Origin: an archaeon
GTDB taxonomy: Archaea; Asgardarchaeota; Thorarchaeia; Thorarchaeales; Thorarchaeaceae
Reading direction: 5' to 3'
Assembly: GCA_024276825.1 (NCBI GenBank)
Contig: JAJRWI010000033.1
Span: forward strand, 64,001-128,000
DNA: 64,000 bases
Below the pieces are notes generated by a model. That model saw only the letters and a program-made list of their open reading frames with translations. It searched no databases and was not told where the DNA came from. Positions 6,736 to 17,079 of this stretch are shown in pieces. A program made the position numbers and the translations under genes. Numbering within the stretch: position 1 is the first letter of the stretch; every line of letters starts with the position of its first letter.

Positions 6736-9402
6736 TTGAACGAAACAACAGTTTCACCGGACAAGAGTTCGGATAAAAAATCGAGAATCTCATTAAACCT
6801 TGAAGGCATGCATTGTGCCTCCTGTGTTAGCACAATTGAGAAGGCCATCTTAAAACAAGATGGAGTAATCAAGGTATCAGTGAGCCTACTAGACCAGAAG
6901 GCTGTAGTTGAATATGAGCCAGACAAAGTGGACAGGACGGCTCTTGAGAAAGCAGTGGAGTCTACAGGCTATAGAACGGTACGACCCAAAATGATGATAA
7001 CTCTAGATCCCCTGCCCAGTGCAAGTCAATGGGGCAAAATCGTAGAACATGTGAAGAATGTTAATGGTGTTATAACTGCGACTCCGTTTGAGAGCAAAAG
7101 CAGACTTCTCATTGAATATGACGAGAGTCTTGTCACCTTTAAAATCATAAAGCGAGCTTTGCAGGAGATTGGTTTCAATGCGGAGGAATATGGTGCAGGA
7201 AGGGCAGACCGAGAGAAATCAGCACGAGAACAGGAGATCAGATACTATACTCGTCTCTTGGCATTCTCATTAATACTCAGCATTCCAGTGTTGATACTGA
7301 CGCTCGCACCTGAAATATTACTTCCTATTCTTCCATCTGGAATGTCTCCAGAACTCATGAATTTCATTCTGACAACCCCAATTCAATTCATTGCAGGTTA
7401 TCCTTTTTACAAGTCAAGTCTTAGAGCTGCAAGACATGGCAAAGCGAACATGGACACATTAATAATCTTGGGTACCAGTGCGGCTTACTTCTACTCAGTA
7501 GCAGCAACATTCTTCTTAGAGGGCTATGTTGCATTCTATGACACAGCAGCACTTCTGATTACATTCATCATACTGGGAAGGACTCTGGAGGCAGTGGCTA
7601 AGGGACGCACATCCAAGGCCATAAGAAAGCTCCTTGACCTTCAGGCTAAGGTGGCAGTGGTCATTAGAGATGGTGAAGAGATCACAATTCCAATTGAGGA
7701 TGTTGAGGTCGATGACATTCTACTTGTCAAGCCTGGAGAGAAAATACCAGTTGATGGAGTTGTCATTGATGGACAATCATCAGTTGACGAATCCATGGTC
7801 ACAGGCGAATCAATACCAGTCAGTAAGAAAGTTGGAGACTCGGTAATTGGGTCGACCATAAATAAGAATGGCGTACTCAAGGTAAGAGCGACCAAGGTGG
7901 GCCAAGACACAGTACTGTCCCAGATTGTACGAATGGTCGAGGAGGCACAAACACAGAAGCCCCCCATTCAACGCAAAGCTGATGCTATCGCAGGTGTCTT
8001 TGTACCAATAGTGATGGTTCTAGCAGCATCGACTTTTCTGGTCTGGTTCTTTTTGGTTGGTGAGGAATGGGTCAGATCACTGAGCTTCATGATTGCTGTC
8101 CTTGTTGCAGCTTGTCCATGTGCTCTTGGTCTTGCAACACCTACCTCCCTTATGGTGGGGATTGGAAAAGGCGCTGAACATGGCATACTGATTAAGACGG
8201 GTGCAGGTCTTGAGATAATTCCAAAAGTCGACACGATCGTGTTTGACAAGACTGGAACACTCACAATTGGACGCCCCACTCTGACCGACATTGTTCCTGC
8301 AAGTGATATTGAACCCACTGAGGTATTGCGACTTGTTGCTGCAATAGAAAAGAACAGTGAGCATCCATTGGCTGAAGCAATCGTACAATATGCTGAGGCA
8401 TCAGAAATTGAAATTCCTGAGGCGACCGATTTCATATCAGTCACAGGCAAGGGAGTGAGCGGGAATGTTGAGGGATCAACAATTCTTGTAGGAAACGACT
8501 CCTTCATGCTTGACAATGGCATCGATATCAGTTCACTTCAAGAGCAAGTGGTACGGCTTCAAGAAGAAGGCAAGACCACCGTATATGCTGCAAGAGATGG
8601 ACAAGCACTTGCACTACTGGCAATTGCTGACACCCTGAAGGAGAACTCAGCTGAAGCTGTTTCCAGACTACAAGAGATGGGCATTGATGTGTTGATGATC
8701 ACCGGCGATAAGGAGAGGACTGCCTATGCCATAGCCAAGTCTGTGGGAATCAAGAGAGTTCTTGCAGAGGTCATGCCTGGCGACAAGGCGCAGGAGGTCA
8801 AGAAACTTCAGGCTGAAGGTCGTGTGGTTGCAATGACTGGAGACGGCGTAAATGATGCACCAGCACTCGCACAGGCAGATGTTGGAATCGCGCTTGGTTC
8901 TGGAACCGATGTGTCAGTCGAAACAGGTGATATCGTGCTGGTCAAAGATGATCTCATGGATGTTGTTGCAGCGATTGATCTTGGAACAAAGACCATGAAC
9001 AAGATAAGGCAGAACTTTTTCTGGGCACTTGTCTACAATCTGGCACTTCTGCCAATTGCAGCGGGTCTTCTATATCCACTAACAGGACTTGTTCTCAAGC
9101 CGGAATTTGCAGCTCTTGCCATGGCATTCTCCAGTGTCAGTGTGGTCAGCAACTCATTATTACTTGGAAGATACACTCCGCGTAAGCATGCCGAAACTAG
9201 ATTGGAGATTACTAAAGACAAGCCGCCTGAGTTCGCGATTGATCCAATTTGCAAGATGGAGGTGCATACAGCCTCTGCAGAACTCTATAGTGATTACGAA
9301 GGCAAGAGATACTATTTCTGTGCAGAGCACTGCAAAAAGACATTCGATGCAGACCCCGCCCAATACAAGGACGAGGATGTCATAAGACCTCCCCCTCAAT
9401 AG
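6736..9402 (+). CDS. copA: Cu(I)-exporting P1B-type ATPase with N-terminal HMA and C-terminal YHS domain
   Basis: GMHCASC, TGES, CPC, DKTGT, SEHP, GDGVND, YN, MAFSS; C-terminal DPICKMEV...YYFCAEHC. Confidence 0.96.
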   Translation: MNETTVSPDKSSDKKSRISLNLEGMHCASCVSTIEKAILKQDGVIKVSVSLLDQKAVVEYEPDKVDRTALEKAVESTGYRTVRPKMMITLDPLPSASQWGKIVEHVKNVNGVITATPFESKSRLLIEYDESLVTFKIIKRALQEIGFNAEEYGAGRADREKSAREQEIRYYTRLLAFSLILSIPVLILTLAPEILLPILPSGMSPELMNFILTTPIQFIAGYPFYKSSLRAARHGKANMDTLIILGTSAAYFYSVAATFFLEGYVAFYDTAALLITFIILGRTLEAVAKGRTSKAIRKLLDLQAKVAVVIRDGEEITIPIEDVEVDDILLVKPGEKIPVDGVVIDGQSSVDESMVTGESIPVSKKVGDSVIGSTINKNGVLKVRATKVGQDTVLSQIVRMVEEAQTQKPPIQRKADAIAGVFVPIVMVLAASTFLVWFFLVGEEWVRSLSFMIAVLVAACPCALGLATPTSLMVGIGKGAEHGILIKTGAGLEIIPKVDTIVFDKTGTLTIGRPTLTDIVPASDIEPTEVLRLVAAIEKNSEHPLAEAIVQYAEASEIEIPEATDFISVTGKGVSGNVEGSTILVGNDSFMLDNGIDISSLQEQVVRLQEEGKTTVYAARDGQALALLAIADTLKENSAEAVSRLQEMGIDVLMITGDKERTAYAIAKSVGIKRVLAEVMPGDKAQEVKKLQAEGRVVAMTGDGVNDAPALAQADVGIALGSGTDVSVETGDIVLVKDDLMDVVAAIDLGTKTMNKIRQNFFWALVYNLALLPIAAGLLYPLTGLVLKPEFAALAMAFSSVSVVSNSLLLGRYTPRKHAETRLEITKDKPPEFAIDPICKMEVHTASAELYSDYEGKRYYFCAEHCKKTFDADPAQYKDEDVIRPPPQ

Positions 9403-9562
9403 TCGCTGATAGTTGCTCAATACAATTAATGATATTCGCTCTCAAACAGGGCGGATATCCCTTATTTTCTCTCACAATTTGAATCTTCAAACAATAAGCT
9501 TTACTGCATGACCAAGAATCTAATATGCAAGTTTGTCAAGATACTGGTGAGAGTGAACTGGA

Positions 9563-10258
9563 TTGCAACCTGTTATAGTTCGTGTTGGTAAGAGCGCCTT
9601 TGATGAGATAATTGACAGGGCCGTTGACATATTGAAAAAAGGTGGACTTGTAGTCTACCCCACAGATACAAGCTATGGCATAGGTTGCGACCCACTGAAT
9701 CCAGAAGCGTTAAAATCCCTCCTGAGGGTGAAGCAGAGAGATCCCAAATATGGAGTTCCCCTTCTCTTCTCAAGTATTGATCAATGCAGTGAATATCACA
9801 CGTTTCACGAGTTTGAGAGGATTCTTGCACGCCTGTTCTGGCCAGGTGCACTCACCCTAGTTGTCACCCCCCGAAAGGAGATTCCAGAACATGTCAGGGG
9901 TGAACGGGAGTCCATCGCAGTACGGGTGCCTGATCATGATGTTCCTCGTGCAATCGCGCGCAAGATGGATGTTCCAATAGTTGGTACCAGTGCCAATATC
10001 TCTGGGGGTCCCTCCCCATTTAGTATGGATGTGGCATTAGAACAACTTGGCGACTCGGTTGACCTCTACATTGATGGTGGGGAGTCGAAGGTCATCAAGA
10101 ACTCGACAATAATCAGTATTGTCAGTAGTGGTGATAAGAGCCACATCAAGGTCCACCGTGAGGGTGTGATCACAATAGAGCGTCTCATTGAGAGTCTGAG
10201 AGTGGACTCATCCGCCCTCGATTTTTGGACAACGCAAGTGATACCAGCAGACATGTGA
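9563..10258 (+). CDS. tsaC: Threonylcarbamoyl-AMP synthase (TsaC/Sua5 family, short form without SUA5 domain)
   Basis: YPTDTSYGIG, KQR, FWPGALT, AVRVP, TSANISG. Confidence 0.93.
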   Translation: MQPVIVRVGKSAFDEIIDRAVDILKKGGLVVYPTDTSYGIGCDPLNPEALKSLLRVKQRDPKYGVPLLFSSIDQCSEYHTFHEFERILARLFWPGALTLVVTPRKEIPEHVRGERESIAVRVPDHDVPRAIARKMDVPIVGTSANISGGPSPFSMDVALEQLGDSVDLYIDGGESKVIKNSTIISIVSSGDKSHIKVHREGVITIERLIESLRVDSSALDFWTTQVIPADM

Positions 10259-10267
10259 GGGATTCAT

Positions 10268-10801
10268 CTGAAACAATTCAACCTGTTAATAGGATGCCCC
10301 CGAAATCGTGAACGCGCAGCAGCATCAGAGGTCCGCTACTTCATTGGCGATCTCCTTGATGACCCGTCAATCAAGGTGTATCCGACAAAGATCTCTGGTC
10401 TGTTGACCTGCTGGACCTCCCTGAATCCTTTCAATGTCATTCAAGAGCTCAAGAAATTTGCTGAGGACAACCCCTACCAGTTCAGGTTTGCAATACGCTT
10501 CACGCCTATTGAAGTCTGTGTGTCTACAGACCTTGAGAGAATTGTTAAGGCCTCCCAAGAGCTTCTTCCAAGAATCTCTGAAGACGAGTCTTATCGTGTG
10601 ACCGTGAGAAGTCGTCATACTGCTCTCAAGAACATGCAGGTCATTGAGGCAGTAGCGGATGTGATTCCACGAAAAGTTAACCTTGACAGTCCTGATAAGA
10701 CACTATGGATTGAGATAGTTGGTGATACAACTGGAATATCGGTACTTCAAGAGAGCAAGGACATTCTATCAATCATGACACTTAGGGATGACACCTACTG
10801 A
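10268..10801 (+). CDS. THUMP-domain RNA-binding protein
   Basis: YRVTVRSR, KVNLDSPDKTLWIEIVG. The frame is open upstream of GTG 10376 to KQFNLLIG; CTG 10268 start inferred. Confidence 0.85.
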   Translation: MKQFNLLIGCPRNRERAAASEVRYFIGDLLDDPSIKVYPTKISGLLTCWTSLNPFNVIQELKKFAEDNPYQFRFAIRFTPIEVCVSTDLERIVKASQELLPRISEDESYRVTVRSRHTALKNMQVIEAVADVIPRKVNLDSPDKTLWIEIVGDTTGISVLQESKDILSIMTLRDDTY

Positions 10802-11395
10802 TTATGTTTCAAAGGCCACAAGTGAAACCTTGTTGACCAGACAACGTGTGAGGGCATCAAATCTTGCTGAAAGCGACTCAGACTCGGCAATAGCCTGTAT
10901 CTCAATATCAGTTATTCCAAAGTGTTTCTTTATTTGCTCGAAGCGCTCTTTGGACTGTTCAAACAGTGGATGCCTCTCATGACCGACCCAATTGATTATC
11001 GCACTGACATGTTCTACTGTGTTTGATTCGTTCTCACCAATTGCAACCAGTGCAACCGATTCGGGCATGTTCTCCACACCCAATTCTTGGAGTGCATTAC
11101 TAATCTGTCGTTGTGCAGATGCATATACCACAATCTCTACACTCAGGCTTCTTGAATGTGCATAATTGCCTCTCCATGCATTGAGAGCATTCTGTGCAAC
11201 AGCCATCAGATAGATTGGCCCTGCAACAAGGTCGGCCCTCAGAAACTGAGTGGCCAGAACACCATTTGGCAGATTTGAGGCAATCTCAATAAGCTGACTG
11301 CTTGTTAGAGCGTTCTTGTTGACTAGTTCTGTTGCAATCACAACGAATTCGCTGTCACTGTGGTATAGTTTCTCAATTATCATGGTCTTCGCCAC
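10802..11395 (-). CDS. cgi121: KEOPS complex subunit Cgi121
   Basis: QFLRADLVAG, SRSLSVEIVVYASAQRQISNALQELG. Confidence 0.88.
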   Translation of the reverse strand: MAKTMIIEKLYHSDSEFVVIATELVNKNALTSSQLIEIASNLPNGVLATQFLRADLVAGPIYLMAVAQNALNAWRGNYAHSRSLSVEIVVYASAQRQISNALQELGVENMPESVALVAIGENESNTVEHVSAIINWVGHERHPLFEQSKERFEQIKKHFGITDIEIQAIAESESLSARFDALTRCLVNKVSLVAFET

Positions 11396-11405
11396 TCACC
11401 AAATC

Positions 11406-11987
11406 TCACAGTCTCTTGATGAAATAGTCGGCAACAGTTGGCTCGAAGCCCACCTCAAACACCAGTTTATCTCTGATCTGGGCCATATCAAGCGTCGGGT
11501 CCTCTGTCTTGAAATGTTTGACGAGAGCGATTATTGACTCACGATGTTCCCATGGATAGACTGTCCACTTGTCAATTCTTTTCATGTAATAATCGGGAAT
11601 GATCTTTGAATGTGGTTTCAAATGGAGTACTGCCGTTCTGACCTCCTTCACTCCCAAGTCCTCAATATGCGATTTTGCATGCATCAGGCTCTCTCCCGAG
11701 TCTGCGACCTCATCGACCAGCAGAATCCTCTTCTCCTTAATAGAAACCGAGAGTGGCTGAGTGATCTTTGGCTCAGGTCCGCGGATGCCTATGTCACTGT
11801 AATACTCGATACGCACATTGAACATTGCATTTGTATAAAGGACATCGGAGAGAATTCGTGCAGGAATCCATCCACCACGGGCGATGCCTACGATGATATG
11901 CGGCTTATATCCGCTCATTACAATTCTCTCAGAGAGCTGCAGGGTCAGGTTATACACCTCATCCCATGATATTATCTCATACTCCAT
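11406..11987 (-). CDS. Type I phosphoribosyltransferase (archaeal purine PRT-like)
   Basis: GIARGGWIPA, ILLVDEVADSGESL PRPP loop, WTVYPWE. Confidence 0.9.
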   Translation of the reverse strand: MEYEIISWDEVYNLTLQLSERIVMSGYKPHIIVGIARGGWIPARILSDVLYTNAMFNVRIEYYSDIGIRGPEPKITQPLSVSIKEKRILLVDEVADSGESLMHAKSHIEDLGVKEVRTAVLHLKPHSKIIPDYYMKRIDKWTVYPWEHRESIIALVKHFKTEDPTLDMAQIRDKLVFEVGFEPTVADYFIKRL

Positions 11988-12098
11988 TGTTTACCCACAC
12001 TTGCTATGATGAGCTTCCCTCGAACCAGTTCTTAATTAATCCAGTGATTGAGCCTGCAGCCATAAGGTAAATCAGTGAATTAGACTGCTGTTGATTCA

Positions 12099-13370
12099 GT
12101 GATGACTATGCGACCCGACCTGCTGCTGATAAATATTGGACAGTTGGCCACTCTAAAGAACAAATCAGAGTGTCCTCGAACGGGTGAGGATATGAAGGAC
12201 CTATCAATCATTGAAGATGGGGCAGTAGCGATTAAGGATGGTAGAATCATCGCGGTTGGTAATACGGATGAGGTCATGTCTGCATTCTCTAGCGATGACA
12301 GTATTCCCACAATGCAGTTTCCGAAACGACTGGTCATTCCTGGATTGATTGACAGTCACACACACTTGGTGTTTGGCGGTTCGCGTGAACACGACTTTGC
12401 AATGAAACTTGCTGGAAAGACATACATGGAGATTCTTGAGGCGGGTGGCGGCATTTTGAACACATTAAGACACACTCGCAGTTCTTCCATAGATGAACTT
12501 GAAGCGCAGGCCTGGGGATTTCTCGAGAATATGACTCAGAATGGGGATACAGTCATCGAAGCAAAGAGCGGCTACGGGTTGAATGTTGAGAATGAGTTGA
12601 AGATGCTCAGAGTGATAAGATCGCTCAATGAGAGAACGAATGTTGAGATTATACCCACTTTTCTCGGTGCACATGCAGTCCCGCCAGAGTATGAGGGCCG
12701 AACTGGTGACTATGTTGACCTTGTGATCAATGAGATGATTCCTACAATCGCTGACAATGACTTAGCTGAGTTCTGTGATGTGTTTTGTGAGAAGGGTGTA
12801 TTTGAGGTTGAACAGTCAAGACGCATATTACTTACCGCAAGAGATGCTGGCATGGCCCTGAAGGTGCACGCTGATGAGATAGTCCAGCTGGGCGGTGCAG
12901 AGCTTGCAGCAGAAGTGGGAGCGGTATCTGCTGATCACTTGCTCATGGCCTCCGATGACGGGCTTGAGGCAATGCGGAGAGCTGGTACAATCGCCACGCT
13001 TTTACCAGCGACTGCATTCAGTCTTGACACTGATTATGCCGATGCCAGAAAGATGATCGACATGGATCTCCCAGTCGCGCTGGCTACTGACTTTAACCCC
13101 AATTGTGCCAACGAGTCAATGTTCTTCACAATGGCCCTTGCCTGCTATAAGATGAAGATGGACCCACGCGAAGTGATCACTGCCTCCACAATCAATGCGG
13201 CTTATGCTGTCAACCGTGGTGATGAAACAGGGAGTATCGAGGTCGGCAAACGTGCTGACATACTCGTACTCGACTGTCCCAACCCTGAATACATCTCATG
13301 GCGCTTTGGCGCGAATCTCACACATACTGTGATTGCCAATGGTCAGGTCGTCTACACCAAATACCGATGA
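12099..13370 (+). CDS. hutI: Imidazolonepropionase
   Basis: PGLIDSHTHLVF, GGGILNT, EAKSGYGL, CDVFCEKG, VHADE, SADHL, ATDFNP. Confidence 0.96.
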   Translation: MMTMRPDLLLINIGQLATLKNKSECPRTGEDMKDLSIIEDGAVAIKDGRIIAVGNTDEVMSAFSSDDSIPTMQFPKRLVIPGLIDSHTHLVFGGSREHDFAMKLAGKTYMEILEAGGGILNTLRHTRSSSIDELEAQAWGFLENMTQNGDTVIEAKSGYGLNVENELKMLRVIRSLNERTNVEIIPTFLGAHAVPPEYEGRTGDYVDLVINEMIPTIADNDLAEFCDVFCEKGVFEVEQSRRILLTARDAGMALKVHADEIVQLGGAELAAEVGAVSADHLLMASDDGLEAMRRAGTIATLLPATAFSLDTDYADARKMIDMDLPVALATDFNPNCANESMFFTMALACYKMKMDPREVITASTINAAYAVNRGDETGSIEVGKRADILVLDCPNPEYISWRFGANLTHTVIANGQVVYTKYR

Positions 13371-13377
13371 ATAGAGG

Positions 13378-14910
13378 TCATTCCTCAAAAATGGAACCAG
13401 TGACCCCCTCAACAGCGGAAACCATACTCCTTGCCCTCATCAGTGTCCTGATTTTCTGTATGTCAGCATATAATGGTCTATCACTCTCTAATTTCGGGAT
13501 CTCTTTGCGAATGGTCTTGAAGGCCTGTTCTAATGCATCTGATGGCTTGAGTGGTGCAAGAAGATCAAGGCCCTGTGCTGCGCATAGATACTCGATTGCA
13601 ATCACATTTGACACATTCTCCAGAATCTGTCTTGCCTTTCGAGCAGCTATTGTACCCATGCTCACATGGTCTTCCTGATCCGCACTTGTCGGTATTGAGT
13701 CAACACTCGCTGGATGTGCCAAGACCTTGTTCTCGGAAACCAATGAGGCAGCGGTATATTGCGCTATCATCAGTCCAGACTCAAGACCCCCCTGTGTCGT
13801 CAAGAATGGGGGTAGTTCACTGAGATGTGGGTTCACGAGTCTATTGATTCTACGTTCTGCAATATTTGCAATCTCAGCAACAGCTATTCCAAGAAAGTCC
13901 ATGACAAGGGCAATGGGTTGTCCATGGAAGTTCCCTCCTGATATTACTGAGCCATCATCCGCGAATACCAAGGGATTGTCTGTAGCAGAATTAATCTCAG
14001 TTTCAATCACACTACGGACATATCGTATTGTGTCAAGAGAGGCTCCCAGCACCTGCGGTATGCATCTGAGTGAGTATGCATCTTGGACCTTTCCACATTT
14101 GGCATGGGACTGGTTGATCTCACTGTCATCTAGGATCTTCAACATGGTACTTGCAACATCAATCTGTCCCTCATGTGGTCGAACAGCATGTATCTTCTCG
14201 TTGAATGCGGCTCTAGTACCTCTCAAGGCCTCAAGACTCATGGCCGAGGCCACACAGGCATCACGAATCAGGTTCATTGCATCATGGACTGCTAGGGCAC
14301 CAATAGCAGTCATTGGTTGAGTACCATTAATTAATGCCACTCCTTCTTTGGCTGTGAGCTGGATTGGCTTGATTCCCGCTCTGTCCAGTGCATCAGCACC
14401 GGTCATTCTCTCATTCTCATAGTAAGCCTCACCCTCGCCTATCATGACAAGTACCATATGAGCAAGAGGCGCCAGGTCGCCGCTGGAACCAACAGAGCCC
14501 TGTTGAGGCACTATCGGGGTCACCCGTTTGTTTAACATGTCTATTAAGGTCTCAATCACTTCTACTCGTACACCAGAGAATCCCTTTGCGAGTGCATTTG
14601 CTCTCAGTAGCATCATTCCACGTACAATCTCATCATCAAATGGTTCACCCACTCCCACACTGTGACTACGAATGAGATTGATCTGGAGCATTGCAAGGTC
14701 GTCTTTCTCTATTGATACACGGGAGAGTTCGCCAAACCCAGTATTGACTCCATAGACTGTACGTCCCTCCTTGATCGTGACTTCAACCACTTGTCTACTC
14801 TTTATCACTCTCTCTCGGGCCCCATCATCAAGAGCCACATCTCTGAACTGTCGGGCCACTAACACAACATCCTCAATTGTCAGACTCTCACCGTCTATCA
14901 GAACGACCAT
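13378..14910 (-). CDS. hutH: Histidine ammonia-lyase (SSG MIO variant)
   Basis: YGVNTGFG, NLIRSHS, GSVGSSGDLAPL, QDAYSLRC, GGNFHG, QEDHVSMG. Confidence 0.96.
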   Translation of the reverse strand: MVVLIDGESLTIEDVVLVARQFRDVALDDGARERVIKSRQVVEVTIKEGRTVYGVNTGFGELSRVSIEKDDLAMLQINLIRSHSVGVGEPFDDEIVRGMMLLRANALAKGFSGVRVEVIETLIDMLNKRVTPIVPQQGSVGSSGDLAPLAHMVLVMIGEGEAYYENERMTGADALDRAGIKPIQLTAKEGVALINGTQPMTAIGALAVHDAMNLIRDACVASAMSLEALRGTRAAFNEKIHAVRPHEGQIDVASTMLKILDDSEINQSHAKCGKVQDAYSLRCIPQVLGASLDTIRYVRSVIETEINSATDNPLVFADDGSVISGGNFHGQPIALVMDFLGIAVAEIANIAERRINRLVNPHLSELPPFLTTQGGLESGLMIAQYTAASLVSENKVLAHPASVDSIPTSADQEDHVSMGTIAARKARQILENVSNVIAIEYLCAAQGLDLLAPLKPSDALEQAFKTIRKEIPKLESDRPLYADIQKIRTLMRARSMVSAVEGVTGSIFEE

Positions 14911-14997
14911 TATAACACACTCCAACTACTCTGCTGAAATCACTTACATTAAACTTAATCGCTGAATGCCATACTCACATAAATGAGTTGACTCCGA

Positions 14998-15657
14998 GTG
15001 ATTGATAACCCCAAACTTGAAAGAATACTTGCCGACGCCAAGCGCAACCAGATGCGACTTGCCAAACAGGTGATAGTTGAAGATGACCCTCCCATCTCAA
15101 ACGCACTCGTCACTGGAGTTGATGTGGCATACTCAGATGATATTGCAGTAGGATGTGCAGTGACTATAGACTCTGGCACCATGAAGACTATTGAATCAAT
15201 CAATATTGTTGCTGATGTGTCGTTCCCCTACATCTCTGGATTTTTCCACCTTCGTGAGGGTCCTATTATACTCGGACTATTGAAGAAAGTCCAACATAAG
15301 GGCCCAATCTTGATTGATGGACATGGAGTGTTCCACCCCAGAAGATGTGGTCTCGCATCGTATATCGGTGTCATAGCTGATGTCCAGACCATTGGAGTGG
15401 CAAAACGTCCAATTCTTCCAACCCAACAGTGTGAGACCGATTATGGCAAAGCATTGACCATAGACGGGGAAGTAGTCGGTGCACTTCTTCACATCGAAGG
15501 CAGAAGACATCCTTTTTATGTGTCCATTGGTCATAGAATCTCCCTTGAAACTGCTGTGAGAGTTGTCAAAGGGGCCATTCTCAATGGACAAGTGGAGCCT
15601 CTTCGTCTGGCACATGTTGAAGCCAATCGAGTCCTACACGAGTCCTTGAGTTGCTAA
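14998..15657 (+). CDS. nfi: Endonuclease V
   Basis: GVDVAY, FPYISGFFHLREGP, LIDGHGVFHPRRCGLAS, IGVAK, EPLRLAH. Confidence 0.93.
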   Translation: MIDNPKLERILADAKRNQMRLAKQVIVEDDPPISNALVTGVDVAYSDDIAVGCAVTIDSGTMKTIESINIVADVSFPYISGFFHLREGPIILGLLKKVQHKGPILIDGHGVFHPRRCGLASYIGVIADVQTIGVAKRPILPTQQCETDYGKALTIDGEVVGALLHIEGRRHPFYVSIGHRISLETAVRVVKGAILNGQVEPLRLAHVEANRVLHESLSC

Positions 15658-15709
15658 AGAGTTAATATTGAGGTTGTTTTTCATTCAATCAGTTTGAACA
15701 CAAGAGGAG

Positions 15710-16888
15710 GTGCACTCAATCACAAGAGTCGTGATAATCGGTGCTGGTCTTGGTGGTCTTCTTGCTGGCGCTTTACTGAGCAAGGATGGGTTCGAGGTCA
15801 CAATTCTTGAGAGGATGAACTTCATCGGTGGAAGGTTTACCAGCTTTGAGAAATATGGCGTTCCCATACCCACTGGGGCTGTCCACATGATACCTCACAG
15901 ATTTGGCCCAATGAAGACCCTACTCATTGATAGACTCCACCTCCCCGTTGAACTGATCGATGCTGGGAGGCCCGCCATACTTGATCAGAGCGGCGAATAT
16001 ATCGAGCTGGGCGGCGGCGGAGCTGCGAAGTTATTCTTGAAGTCAATCATTGGAAATAAACGAGCCAATCGTATCATGGACTCGATATACGAGTTCTCAA
16101 TCGGACTTAGGGGGAATGAGATTCCTCTCTCTGAGAGAATTGCATTCATGAATCTCATTAGAAAATACAGTCATCATGTCACGCCAAAAGGCGGAGTCAA
16201 ATCAGTGATTGATGCACTTGTTGAAACAATACAGTCACATGGAGGCAGAATCAGGCTGAACCATGAGGTCAATGCGATTGATATGGTGTCTGATCAATTT
16301 CTGGTCCACGCTAAGGGTGAAAGACTCCCCGCTGATGTCGTGGTGGCGAATTGCAGCCCTGACATCATTCCAGACCTTCTCGGCGAAACACACAGACTAC
16401 TGGGAATGAAGTTTATGAAACGCGTTGAGGACAATCATCCAGTTAATGGAATAAAGATTGCAGTGGTCTGCTCACATCAGGTGTTTCCTCGATCAATTGT
16501 CTTCACCCCCTATCTTAAAATAATATCAGGATTTTCTGAGCCCACTGTAGCAGACCCAGAGATGGCATCTGGCAAACATCTTATTCTGAGTCATCAGAAG
16601 CTCAGACCGGGCTCAATTGAATCACAGATTAAAAGGGCCATGGAGGACTTTAAGTCAATCATCACTGATTTTGACACAAGCTGTAAGACTGTGGCGATTC
16701 AAATATTTCGAGGAGAATACCCTGTCAATCGTGCATCTCAGGGTGCTGACTTTGAGCCAATAACCAAGATTCCAGGTCTCTATCTTGTGGGAGATGGAGT
16801 CAAGCCGCGAGGCCATATCATGACAGAAGGCGTTGCAAAATCTGTTGAGATCGCAGTTGATCACATCACAGGAGGCCTGGCAAAATGA
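15710..16888 (+). CDS. FAD-dependent oxidoreductase, phytoene desaturase-like family
   Basis: IIGAGLGGL, GGRFTS, TGAVHMIP, PKGG, GLYLVGD. Confidence 0.85.
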   Translation: MHSITRVVIIGAGLGGLLAGALLSKDGFEVTILERMNFIGGRFTSFEKYGVPIPTGAVHMIPHRFGPMKTLLIDRLHLPVELIDAGRPAILDQSGEYIELGGGGAAKLFLKSIIGNKRANRIMDSIYEFSIGLRGNEIPLSERIAFMNLIRKYSHHVTPKGGVKSVIDALVETIQSHGGRIRLNHEVNAIDMVSDQFLVHAKGERLPADVVVANCSPDIIPDLLGETHRLLGMKFMKRVEDNHPVNGIKIAVVCSHQVFPRSIVFTPYLKIISGFSEPTVADPEMASGKHLILSHQKLRPGSIESQIKRAMEDFKSIITDFDTSCKTVAIQIFRGEYPVNRASQGADFEPITKIPGLYLVGDGVKPRGHIMTEGVAKSVEIAVDHITGGLAK

Positions 16889-17079
16889 AGCGACCGAAAG
16901 TCGACGAGTCATTATGCGTTGGTTGTGCACAATGCTTCCTGATATGTCCTGATGATGCAATGGATGTGTTCATCACTGCAAGGCCCGATGACAAATGTAC
17001 TGGCTGTGCTCGTTGTGTTGGTGCATGCCCCTGTGGGGCAATTGAGATGGTTGATGACGAAAGTGCAGAAGAGCAATGA
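16885..17079 (+). CDS. 2[4Fe-4S] ferredoxin
   Basis: CVGCAQCFLICP and CTGCARCVGACP; ATGA overlap with the upstream oxidoreductase. Confidence 0.92.
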   Translation: MKRPKVDESLCVGCAQCFLICPDDAMDVFITARPDDKCTGCARCVGACPCGAIEMVDDESAEEQ

